A stretch of 32,000 nucleotides of DNA from NCBI GenBank assembly GCA_048938295.1, contig JBHLMI010000001.1:157369-189368 (forward strand), written 5' to 3'. Positions within the stretch are counted from its first letter, which is position 1. Each line of letters starts with the position of its first letter. Below are positions 1-8,394 of this stretch, piece after piece. Source of the stretch: Promethearchaeota archaeon. Its GTDB lineage: Archaea > Asgardarchaeota > Hermodarchaeia > Hermodarchaeales > Hermodarchaeaceae. The notes beneath the pieces are model-generated. The model had not been told where the DNA came from. It saw only the letters and a program-made list of their open reading frames with translations, and ran no database searches. The translations under genes and the position numbers were made by a program.

Positions 1-13
1 TGAGGATGAAGCC

Positions 14-931
14 ATGAAAGAGAAAATCAGTGCTTGGCTAGCGCTCTCCCGTCTTCCCTTCCATCTGGTGGGCATGCTCCCTTTTCTCTTAGGTACCATT
101 TTAGCCTGGCGATACCTTGGGGTTTTTCGCTGGGATATCCTCCTGTGGGGAATCGCCGGTGTCGTCCTTATCATGCTGGCAACTTATTATGCAGGGGAAT
201 ATTGGGATTATGAAGGCGATATTCTTGCAGCCCAAAAAGGTCCTAGCCGTTTTGCAGGAGGCTCGCAAGTTCTTCAACGAGGCCTCATTAAAAGGCGAAC
301 CGCATTATACGCTTCTTTGGTATGCATCCTTCTTGCTGCCCTCGTTGGTATCATCCTCCAATTCCTTTACTTGACAGGCCCCTTGACCATTTTTCTTGGA
401 GTCATTGGGATCATCGGTGGGTTCTTTTACTCTGCAAACCCCATCCGATGGGTGAGTCGCGGTCTTGGCGAAATCTGGATTGCCTTCAACTATGGTTGGT
501 TAACAATCGCTGCCAGCTTCTATTTACAAGTCGGCTACTTCATTTCTTTAATTCATTTTATGGCTCTTCCTGTTGCTTTCACCATCTTCAACGTCATTCT
601 TCTCAATGAATTTCTCGACTTTGAAGCAGACCGAGATACGGGGAAAAAGAACTTGGTGGTCCGCTTGGGGTTGAATCAGGCGGTGATCCTGTATTCCTTG
701 GCTGCTGTTGCAAGTTGGCTCACCATGGCTACTACCCTAGCATTAGGCTTTCTCTGGCCCTGGGATCTTCTTGCCTATCTTCCTGTACTAGCCGTCTCCA
801 TGGGCTTAGTGATTTTGATTCTTCGAAGAGCATGGGAAAATCGAAGTACATTAGAGAAGTTGTGCGGCCTGAACATACTTGTGAATCTGGGAACCACCTT
901 AGTATTTATCATAACTGTCCTTGTGTTGTGA
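14..931 (+). CDS. menA: UbiA-superfamily prenyltransferase, MenA (1,4-dihydroxy-2-naphthoate polyprenyltransferase)-like
   Basis: 305 aa polytopic membrane protein. N-terminal SRLPF, acidic motif 1 GEYWDYEGD, GGFFYSANP loop and acidic motif 2 NEFLDFEADRDTGKKNLVVRLG are typical of MenA-like enzymes. Substrate not proven. Confidence 0.8.
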   Translation: MKEKISAWLALSRLPFHLVGMLPFLLGTILAWRYLGVFRWDILLWGIAGVVLIMLATYYAGEYWDYEGDILAAQKGPSRFAGGSQVLQRGLIKRRTALYASLVCILLAALVGIILQFLYLTGPLTIFLGVIGIIGGFFYSANPIRWVSRGLGEIWIAFNYGWLTIAASFYLQVGYFISLIHFMALPVAFTIFNVILLNEFLDFEADRDTGKKNLVVRLGLNQAVILYSLAAVASWLTMATTLALGFLWPWDLLAYLPVLAVSMGLVILILRRAWENRSTLEKLCGLNILVNLGTTLVFIITVLVL

Positions 932-935
932 AGCC

Positions 936-2201
936 ATGACCAAATGGTTGCGTGAATGGGGAACACCACCCAAACGAAAAGTCCGACCCTATTGGCAGTT
1001 CCCCCATCTTATTTTACGGCAGGCTCTGAGCGCATTTTATGTGGGTGCTCTATCACGGTGGACACGACTCCCCCGCTGGTTCCTGAAATATGGTTTGAAA
1101 TGTCTTCCGGGGGCAGCAGGATCGCGTGGCATGGGGTGCATTGGTTTTCCTGCCCATCCAGTTTGGGAGATAACTACAGCCTGTAACCTGCATTGTATCC
1201 ATTGTCACACCTCAGGTGGAAAACCTGCCAAAGATGAACTCACTACAACTGAGGGTAAACAATTGCTCAATCAGCTCGCTAATGTAAAGGAGTTCCATAT
1301 GATGGCCTTCACCGGAGGTGAACCCCTCCTTCGCTCTGACCTCTATGAATTACTCGCTTATTCCCAGGCCCTCGGATTCACTAATACGATTGCTACCAAC
1401 GCTACCCTCGTTGACACGGACGTAGCGAAACGTCTTCGAAGTCTGGGTATTGTTATTGCCGCGGTTAGTCTTGATGGGTTTGACGCAAAAACGCATGATA
1501 TGGTCCGTGGGCAGCCAGGATGCTTTGAGGATACATTACGAGGTATTCGAGCACTTCATCAAGCTGGCATACTCCTCCACATCAACATCACTGCCATGAA
1601 CTATAATATGGATCAAATGAAGCCCCTCATGAATCTCATAGAACAAGTCGGAACCGGGATACTTCTCATGTACCAACTCGTCCCCCTTGGTCGGGGGCGG
1701 GCAATCCAAAATGCTGCACTTGATTTAGGGGCAAATGAGCGGCTGATCCGATTTATGGCTAAAGCTCAAGCTCGTACGAATGCTATCATGGAACCAGTCG
1801 CTGGGCCACAATACTGGCCTTTCCTCTTACAACAAAATGGCATCCACAGTGGACCTCTTCTACGGCTGGCAGAAACAGTCTTCCATGGCTGCTCAGCTGG
1901 ACGCGGATTTGTTTACATTAAACCCAATGGAGAAGTGTGGCCGTGCCCATTCATCGAAATCTCCTGCGGAAATATTCGCTCCTTATCCTTCTCGAAGATT
2001 TGGCAAAAGGCTCCAATATTTCTCGAGTTACGTGATCGCGAGAATCGATTAAAGGGTCAATGTGGTAAATGTGAATACCGAAGGCTCTGCGGTGGATGCC
2101 GTGGACGGTCTTGGGCCGTGACTGGTGATCACCTTGCAGAAGATCCTTCCTGCTTTATTCATCCGCCCAAAGAGGTGAAGGGCTCAGCCATATCGCGATG
2201 A
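936..2201 (+). CDS. Radical SAM/SPASM-domain protein (AhbC/AhbD/NirJ/MftC-like fold) with amphipathic N-terminal extension
   Basis: CxxxCxxC (CNLHCIHC), GGEPLLR and a SPASM region (GCSAG...WPCPF...CGKCEYRRLCGGCRGR...DPSC). ATG at 936 lies 4 nt after the menA stop and is preferred over the TTG at 921. Confidence 0.9.
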   Translation: MTKWLREWGTPPKRKVRPYWQFPHLILRQALSAFYVGALSRWTRLPRWFLKYGLKCLPGAAGSRGMGCIGFPAHPVWEITTACNLHCIHCHTSGGKPAKDELTTTEGKQLLNQLANVKEFHMMAFTGGEPLLRSDLYELLAYSQALGFTNTIATNATLVDTDVAKRLRSLGIVIAAVSLDGFDAKTHDMVRGQPGCFEDTLRGIRALHQAGILLHINITAMNYNMDQMKPLMNLIEQVGTGILLMYQLVPLGRGRAIQNAALDLGANERLIRFMAKAQARTNAIMEPVAGPQYWPFLLQQNGIHSGPLLRLAETVFHGCSAGRGFVYIKPNGEVWPCPFIEISCGNIRSLSFSKIWQKAPIFLELRDRENRLKGQCGKCEYRRLCGGCRGRSWAVTGDHLAEDPSCFIHPPKEVKGSAISR

Positions 2202-2207
2202 GCCTGA

Positions 2208-2510
2208 TTAAGGGGTTTCGCGCTTTTCAAGAACGCCTGCACGTCGCAGCTCAAATACCACGATGTTGTGGGGATCAGGACAGGCTACATACCCCCGATT
2301 AGAATCAGGTTCCCAAGGGATTGTTCCATCGAATTCAAGAATCGTAATGAAGGGGAACATAGCATTATACGCCCAGCGACAAATTTTCTCCTTTTCTTCA
2401 GGTTTTGAGAGATCGAACTCATCTCCAACCTTATACAGACGGCAAGGGCTTTTTCCTTCCTCTGCCCGTGTCTCATGAACCCGTGCGACAATTCGGTATA
2501 CCTTTGACAT
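2208..2510 (-). CDS. TIGR04076-family small Cys protein
   Basis: PCRLYKVGDEF, ICRWAY..MFP and ACPDP motifs match this anaerobe family. ATG at 2510 with GTGA upstream. Confidence 0.75.
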   Translation of the reverse strand: MSKVYRIVARVHETRAEEGKSPCRLYKVGDEFDLSKPEEKEKICRWAYNAMFPFITILEFDGTIPWEPDSNRGYVACPDPHNIVVFELRRAGVLEKRETP

Positions 2511-2580
2511 GAAAATCACGCTCGTAATGAGTTCATAAGCTTGTTACCATTTTTAACCTTAGGTCACATTCAAAAGTTTC

Positions 2581-3315
2581 CTAACCAGTCCGTGTAATGA
2601 GGGCGTCGCGGTTGAACAATCGGACAGCGACACGGAACAGAATGAAGTCAACAATCAGAATGATGGCAGACCCAATACCGAAGATGAACCAGCCTAGCCC
2701 TAAAAGGAACCCAGAATAGGCAAACAACATGGCAGGAAGAATCAGAACGCCACCCGTCTGATAGGCTTCATACACAGTGTTTGCTCTACCAGAGATAATG
2801 ACCATAAGCCCAACAGCAAGAATCGCAAATAGGATTGGGAGAATAATTGCTTGAACAAGTGAGAGCAAATCAGGCCAGACCCAGAGAAGCGGCGGAGCCA
2901 TGAAGAAGACAACTCCATTCACAACCACGACTGCAAGTACAAGGTTTCCATAAGCAACAAGTAGCCCCGGAATCAAAGCAGTTAAGAATTTTCCAAGGAG
3001 TAACTCGCCATCAGTAAGCGGTGTAGCTAACAATGGAACCAATGTATGTCGCTCCTTCTCTCCCACAATTGAATCTGCGGCGATTAGAATCGGCAACATC
3101 AGGGGGAGCATTATCACTACTACGCCCATAATCGAACCTAATGTCATAGAAAAGAGAGCTGCATCGAATACTCCGAAGGACAACATCAGCCAGGTCATAA
3201 TCCCTCCAAAAGCTACACACATAATAACGACCATAATCGGGATCATACGAACTTGTCGGCTCTTGAAGACCATTCGCATCTCGGTTCGCGCCATAAACCA
3301 TGCTTTCTGCCACAT
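2581..3315 (-). CDS. ABC-2 type exporter permease
   Basis: About 6 TM segments; AADSIVGEKERHTLVPLLATP and LLGKF signature; ATG lies 1 nt after the ATPase stop. Confidence 0.9.
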   Translation of the reverse strand: MWQKAWFMARTEMRMVFKSRQVRMIPIMVVIMCVAFGGIMTWLMLSFGVFDAALFSMTLGSIMGVVVIMLPLMLPILIAADSIVGEKERHTLVPLLATPLTDGELLLGKFLTALIPGLLVAYGNLVLAVVVVNGVVFFMAPPLLWVWPDLLSLVQAIILPILFAILAVGLMVIISGRANTVYEAYQTGGVLILPAMLFAYSGFLLGLGWFIFGIGSAIILIVDFILFRVAVRLFNRDALITRTG

Positions 3316-3316
3316 C

Positions 3317-4258
3317 TTAGTCCCCTCCAATCACCTTTTGATATATAGCATCAAGGTCTGGTACATGTTCTCGCAGTTCAATTATATTCATTCCAGACTC
3401 TACGAGGGCTCGGACAATCTGGGGGTTCTTAGTCTCTGCATCTTCAAGTTCGAAAACAATGCGGTTCCCTTCAATCTTCACTGATTTGACCAGATCTGTG
3501 GAAGTAATAATTTCAACAGGTTTTTGCAAATTAGAATCAGTAAGCTGCATTTCGTAGGTGCGTACAGTCCAGAATTTGCGGCGCAACTCCTTTGGACGCC
3601 CGACTTCCACCAATTTTCCTTTTGAAATGAATCCAACACGGTCACAAAGGGCTTCAACTTCAGAAAGTAAATGGGTACAAAGAAAGAATGTTTGTTTTCC
3701 TCCTCCAGCCTGAGTATCGATAAACTCACGCACTCTCTTGGACATGATTGGATCCAGACTGGATGTTGGCTCATCAAGAAATACCACTTGGGGATTATGG
3801 ATCATTGACCGGGCAATAGATAGTTTCTGCTTAAGCCCTGTTGAGTAGGTTGCCGGAGAATCATCTTTGCGATCAGTAAGTTCTAGGAACTCTAACAGTT
3901 CCTCAATTCGGTTCTCAAGAGTCTCTTTTGGTACATCATAGAGTTGACCAAAGTATTCCAAGTTCTTGTAGGCTGATAATCGGTCATAATGGGTTGTTGC
4001 TCCATCTTCAGGGAGAAGCCCAGTAACTGACCGTACCTCAACCGGTTGTTCTAGGACATCGTATCCTTCAATCACAATCGAACCTTTGCTGGGTACTAAC
4101 AAAGTCGCAGCGATTTTCACTGTCGTTGATTTACCGGCAGCGTTTGGTCCAAGAAATCCGAACACTTCACCGCGTCGAACATCCAAAGAGACATTGTTAA
4201 CTGCCGTGATCTTCGCAAACTGTTTGGTCAGGTTTACCATTTCAATCGAAGTAGTCAA
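3317..4258 (-). CDS. ABC exporter ATP-binding subunit (with C-terminal DUF4162-like extension)
   Basis: Walker A GPNAAGKST, signature YSTGLKQK, Walker B VVFLDEPT, H-loop CTHLL; TTG start with GAGGT upstream. Confidence 0.95.
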   Translation of the reverse strand: MTTSIEMVNLTKQFAKITAVNNVSLDVRRGEVFGFLGPNAAGKSTTVKIAATLLVPSKGSIVIEGYDVLEQPVEVRSVTGLLPEDGATTHYDRLSAYKNLEYFGQLYDVPKETLENRIEELLEFLELTDRKDDSPATYSTGLKQKLSIARSMIHNPQVVFLDEPTSSLDPIMSKRVREFIDTQAGGGKQTFFLCTHLLSEVEALCDRVGFISKGKLVEVGRPKELRRKFWTVRTYEMQLTDSNLQKPVEIITSTDLVKSVKIEGNRIVFELEDAETKNPQIVRALVESGMNIIELREHVPDLDAIYQKVIGGD

Positions 4259-4414
4259 GGAAATAACCTCGTAGTGGGACAGAATGTCTTAATTCATTAA
4301 AAGAGATTTTGGTAGTTACTGAAATTAGGACTTAGCCTTCATTGGTAATCCTTGGTTGGGTGCGAAAGCTTAAGGCAAAAGTCGATAGATAACCATCAAA
4401 TTTGGTGGCTTCAA

Positions 4415-5635
4415 ATGAGTACGCCTTTAACTTATGACGCTCTCATTGCTGTTCGACAAGAAATAGTTCAAGAACTCATTGCAACTAAACATGGACTTAT
4501 TGGCTACATTTACCCACACGCACCGCTTGAACTCTTCTTAGCACATGAGTTCACACCCACACTGCTATGGGCTGAACCGAAGATGCCCAGTGCCTACGAG
4601 GTGAGTCTGCAAACATTCTGTTGTGCTTACTCACGAAATCTCTTCAGTCAACGATCCAAAGAACATCTACCGCCCCTAAAAGCCATCTTATTCCCAGGCG
4701 GTACATGTGACTCGCTTCAAAATCTGGGTGATGTCTGGCGCGCCCGTTTTCCAGGCGACACGGTCCTACGATTAACCTATCCTGTGGCAAACGATGATAT
4801 GGCAGTTACCTATCTCGCAGAGGAGCTCCAAGACTTGAGTAACCACCTAGAAGTTAGCTTGGGCAAGCGGTTTGTTATGGAAAGCTATCAAAAAGCCGTT
4901 GCACTCATCGCTGAATTCAAGGCAGCCGCCCAATTCATTGCTGTAGCACGCATCATTCAGCCCTCTATCTACCCATACCTTGAATACGCTAGACTCATTC
5001 GGAAATTTCTTACGGCACCTACCCTAAATACGCTTACAGAAATCGAAAGTGTTGCCACCCAACTGCAAAACGAGCTTCGCAAAGAGCAACGTCTCCCAAC
5101 AATTGAAGCTCTTCGCCATGGTCTGTTAGCGGGTCATATTCCTGACCAAATAGACATCCAATCAACAGATGAGCCTCGTATTATGATAATAGGAGGAATG
5201 GTCGATCCTGAAGGTATTGCATTCCACTTCAACAATGCCAAAGCCAACGCCGATCTCGAAGACCTTGAGATTGCCTTTGATCTGTTATCCTTTACTTATC
5301 GGACCACTTTCACCAAGGCGCCTAACCTTCAAGGTGATCCTTTTACGGAAATGGCTCAAAGTATCCTTAGTGCGCCTGCAGAACCCACGCAAGAGGGCTT
5401 ACCCTCTCGATTGGCTTTTCTTCGAAGGGTATTCGAAAAACTGAAGATTGACGGATTAATTATCTGTGAGCAATCTTTCTGTGATCCAGATCAATTCGAA
5501 GTTCCTGATACTCTAAAAATTGCAGAACAAAATAAAGTACTCTCTGTCCGAGTCCCTCTAGATCCAGAATTTTCTGACCGTGTGCGATTAGAAGGACGCA
5601 TACAAAGCTTTCTTGAAACCCTCACGGCAAGATGA
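4415..5635 (+). CDS. 2-hydroxyacyl-CoA dehydratase family subunit (HgdB/FldC/BcrC-like)
   Basis: Three cluster-ligand Cys motifs FCCAY, GTCDS and SFCDP; C-terminal RLEGRIQSFLE; adjacent to the partner subunit and activator. ATG 4415 follows GGTGG. Confidence 0.85.
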   Translation: MSTPLTYDALIAVRQEIVQELIATKHGLIGYIYPHAPLELFLAHEFTPTLLWAEPKMPSAYEVSLQTFCCAYSRNLFSQRSKEHLPPLKAILFPGGTCDSLQNLGDVWRARFPGDTVLRLTYPVANDDMAVTYLAEELQDLSNHLEVSLGKRFVMESYQKAVALIAEFKAAAQFIAVARIIQPSIYPYLEYARLIRKFLTAPTLNTLTEIESVATQLQNELRKEQRLPTIEALRHGLLAGHIPDQIDIQSTDEPRIMIIGGMVDPEGIAFHFNNAKANADLEDLEIAFDLLSFTYRTTFTKAPNLQGDPFTEMAQSILSAPAEPTQEGLPSRLAFLRRVFEKLKIDGLIICEQSFCDPDQFEVPDTLKIAEQNKVLSVRVPLDPEFSDRVRLEGRIQSFLETLTAR

Positions 5636-5654
5636 CACTGAAAGGTGAAAGATA

Positions 5655-6881
5655 ATGGCTCAAAACGCAACCACCGCTCACAAAGAAAAGGCTTACAGGA
5701 AACTGAACAGCAGCAAGCTCCTACGCGACACCATGACACTGCATATTTTGAGTACTAAACAGGCGTCACAGCAGGGACGGTTGGCTTGGCTGACATCAGG
5801 TTTCCCCGTTGAGATTCCCGTGGCATTCGATGTAACAGCCGCATATCCCGAGCAGTATGGAGCTATTGTTGGGTCAGAAAAATGTGGCCCACTACTCTGT
5901 GGCTTTGCTGAAGAACTGGGGTTCTCTCAGGAGCTGTGTTCCTATGCTCGGAGTAGTATTGGTTCTGTTAAGAATCCTCAGCAAAGCCCCCTTACTGGCC
6001 TTCCCACGCCCCAAGCACTCTTGGCTTGCAATAACATCTGTGGCACCGTTCTTCCCTGGTATGAAGCCATCTCAGAAATGACAGGAGCACCAGTCTATCT
6101 CGTCGATATACCACCCTTGGAAGGAGAGCAACCATCACACCACCTTGCTTATGTGAAATCCAACCTCGAGGGCCTTATAGCATTCCTGAGTCAAACATTC
6201 AACCAAGAATACGATGAAAAGAAACTCATTCAAGTTGCCGAACTGTCCAACGAAGCAGTGTCTCTCTGGACTCGTGCGCTAAAGGCTTGTCGCCACAAAC
6301 CCACCCCCCTCAACTGCGCAGACCGGTTCATATCCATGGCTCCTATTGTTGCTCTGCGTGGAACACAACCGGCGATTAGTTTCTATCAGGCTTTTCTGGC
6401 AGAGGTTCAAGATCGGGTGAAAAATAATGTAGGCGCTATCGTCGATGAGAAAGTCCGACTACTATGGGATAATATTCCCCCATGGTTCACCATCTACAAC
6501 TTCTTCAATACCTTAGCTAAGAAAGGTGTGTCCTTCCCAGCGGATTCGTACACTCATGCTTGGTCTGCGAACATCCCACGAGGAGAACTTCTGGAAAGCA
6601 TTGCGAAGGTCTATTCAAACGTCTACCTCAACAAGGGACTCCCAGCCAAAATCAACAAAATGTGTTCACTCATCAAAGATTATGACCTAGAAGGATTTGT
6701 ATTGTTCTCTGTCCGCTCCTGTAAGCGGTATTCCCTAGGACAAATGATAACCAAAGAAGAAATCACCCGTCGAACCGGGGTTCCTGGTGTCATCATCGAA
6801 GGCGATATGGTCGACAGCCAACAATACAGTGAAGCACAAGTAGAGACTCGTATCGAAGCCCTTCTCGAAATGATTGTATGA
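5655..6881 (+). CDS. 2-hydroxyacyl-CoA dehydratase family subunit (HgdA/FldB/BcrB-like)
   Basis: AW.TSGFPVE, ELCSYAR, NNICGT, RSCK, EGDMVD and ETRIEALLE motifs. Confidence 0.9.
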   Translation: MAQNATTAHKEKAYRKLNSSKLLRDTMTLHILSTKQASQQGRLAWLTSGFPVEIPVAFDVTAAYPEQYGAIVGSEKCGPLLCGFAEELGFSQELCSYARSSIGSVKNPQQSPLTGLPTPQALLACNNICGTVLPWYEAISEMTGAPVYLVDIPPLEGEQPSHHLAYVKSNLEGLIAFLSQTFNQEYDEKKLIQVAELSNEAVSLWTRALKACRHKPTPLNCADRFISMAPIVALRGTQPAISFYQAFLAEVQDRVKNNVGAIVDEKVRLLWDNIPPWFTIYNFFNTLAKKGVSFPADSYTHAWSANIPRGELLESIAKVYSNVYLNKGLPAKINKMCSLIKDYDLEGFVLFSVRSCKRYSLGQMITKEEITRRTGVPGVIIEGDMVDSQQYSEAQVETRIEALLEMIV

Positions 6882-6893
6882 GAGCCGATAACC

Positions 6894-7682
6894 GTGGCTA
6901 ACAAATCAACTTTGGGCATAGGTATAGATGTAGGTTCCACTACCACGAAAGCTGTGTTACTCGACACCAAGCGTAACGTTGTTGCCCAATATCTGCTCGC
7001 CACAGGGGCCTCAGCCCAGAAATCTGTACAAAAATGCCTAGATGAACTGAGAAAAAGCTCTCAGCAAGACCTCATGGACGTTCCTGCCATTAGTACAGGA
7101 TATGGTCGCCGTCAAGCTCTCAATGCCATAAAATCTGTCACCGAAATCACCTGTCACAGCGTTGGGGTTCACAACCTCAATCCCGAAATCCGTACCCTCA
7201 TCGATATCGGTGGACAAGATTCCAAAGTAATACGTATCGGCACCGATGGACGGCCCCTTGATTTCGAACTTAACGACAAATGTAGTGCAGGGACTGGACG
7301 ATTCTTAGAAGTAATGGCACGGGTCCTTGAGGTTTCAATCAACGAATTAGGATCTCTTTCTTTGAAAGCCAAGCGCCCTTCGGCAATCAGCAGCACATGC
7401 ACTGTCTTTGCTGAAAGCGAAGTAATTGGGCGTATCGGAACTGGAGAAAGTCCTTCAGATATTGCTGCGGGTGTTCATAAAGCAATGGCGTCAAAAATCG
7501 CCACTCTCTCTCAACGAGTCGGAGTCAAATCACCAGTCTCTGTGACTGGCGGAGTTGCGCTAAATCCTGGTTTTCTATATTATCTGGCCCAGGCAATCCA
7601 AACAGAACTCTGGGTACCAAAGGAACCCCAATACACCGGTGCCTTGGGTGCAGCAATTCTAGCTTTGGAAGGCGGTGAATGA
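6894..7682 (+). CDS. ATP-dependent CoA-substrate-specific enzyme activase (HgdC/HadI/FldI-like, ASKHA fold)
   Basis: GIDVGSTTTK, TEITCH, DIGGQDSK, NDKCSAGTGRF, STCTVFAESE and GALGAA motifs; GTG start. Confidence 0.95.
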   Translation: MANKSTLGIGIDVGSTTTKAVLLDTKRNVVAQYLLATGASAQKSVQKCLDELRKSSQQDLMDVPAISTGYGRRQALNAIKSVTEITCHSVGVHNLNPEIRTLIDIGGQDSKVIRIGTDGRPLDFELNDKCSAGTGRFLEVMARVLEVSINELGSLSLKAKRPSAISSTCTVFAESEVIGRIGTGESPSDIAAGVHKAMASKIATLSQRVGVKSPVSVTGGVALNPGFLYYLAQAIQTELWVPKEPQYTGALGAAILALEGGE

Positions 7683-7736
7683 GTAACAGTTATGGCATAA
7701 AGATGCCCACCAAAGAAAGACTGGAGATGAGAATGT

Positions 7737-8258
7737 ATGCCAATCATCCCCTACCAAGGTAAGAAACCGACAATTGCAGCAGATGTATACATTTCCCCAC
7801 GTGCAACAGTCATTGGGGCGGCTACCATTGGGGCTCGAAGTAACGTGTGGGAGCACGCAGTAATTCGTGCCGATTATAACACCATTGCAATAGGAACTGA
7901 TTCTAGTATCCAAGACAACAGCACCGTTCACGCTGATGTTCGATTCCCCACCAAAATTGGGAACTGCGTAATCCTTGGGCACAACGCAGTTGCCCATGGA
8001 TGTACCATTGATGATAACGTCCTAGTCGGGATAAGTGCTGTGATTCTAAATGGTGCACATGTCGGACATCACACAATCATTGGGGCGGGAAGCGTGATCA
8101 CACCTGGGAAGCAGATTCCGCCCGAAAGTGTGGTATTTGGCATTCCAGGAAAAGTTGTCCGGTCTCTAACTCCTAACGATCGTACAGAACTTGCAACGAA
8201 TTGGCAAATCTATGTCGAGCTTGGCCGCCGATACCTCAAAGAGGTAAACAAACTCTAA
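7737..8258 (+). CDS. Gamma-class carbonic anhydrase family hexapeptide-repeat protein (YrdA/CaiE/PaaY-like)
   Basis: Left-handed beta-helix repeats; IRAD, IQDNSTVH and GHNAVAHGC retain all three His metal ligands. Confidence 0.92.
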   Translation: MPIIPYQGKKPTIAADVYISPRATVIGAATIGARSNVWEHAVIRADYNTIAIGTDSSIQDNSTVHADVRFPTKIGNCVILGHNAVAHGCTIDDNVLVGISAVILNGAHVGHHTIIGAGSVITPGKQIPPESVVFGIPGKVVRSLTPNDRTELATNWQIYVELGRRYLKEVNKL

Positions 8259-8348
8259 CGCCTAAATCAGGTTCTCCAAACAGAGGGATGAAAATAAGAA
8301 ATGTGTGCAAAAGAACAAAATTATTTAATAATGGTAAGATAATCTGCC

Positions 8349-8376
8349 TTCAACGTGTTGCACTCCAACACGTGAA
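8349..8376 (+). promoter_or_regulatory. Inverted repeat downstream of the putative fbp TATA box (TTTAATAA 8324-8331)
   Basis: ACGTGTTG (8353-8360), 5-nt spacer, CAACACGT (8366-8373) are perfectly complementary and extend to TTC/GAA with one bulge. Function inferred. Confidence 0.45.
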
Positions 8377-8394
8377 TAAAGGAGTATAACACAG

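Noticed and set aside
936-2201. Call as menaquinone methyltransferase (MenK/MqnK) or tetraether/ring synthase (Tes, GrsAB)
   Set aside because: The architecture is rSAM plus SPASM; no HemN-like or B12-binding features were seen.
4415-7682. Call as class I benzoyl-CoA reductase or double-cubane cluster protein
   Set aside because: There is only one activator gene and no aromatic-pathway genes nearby, and I do not see the DCCP Cys pattern. Benzoyl-CoA reductase is not strictly excluded.
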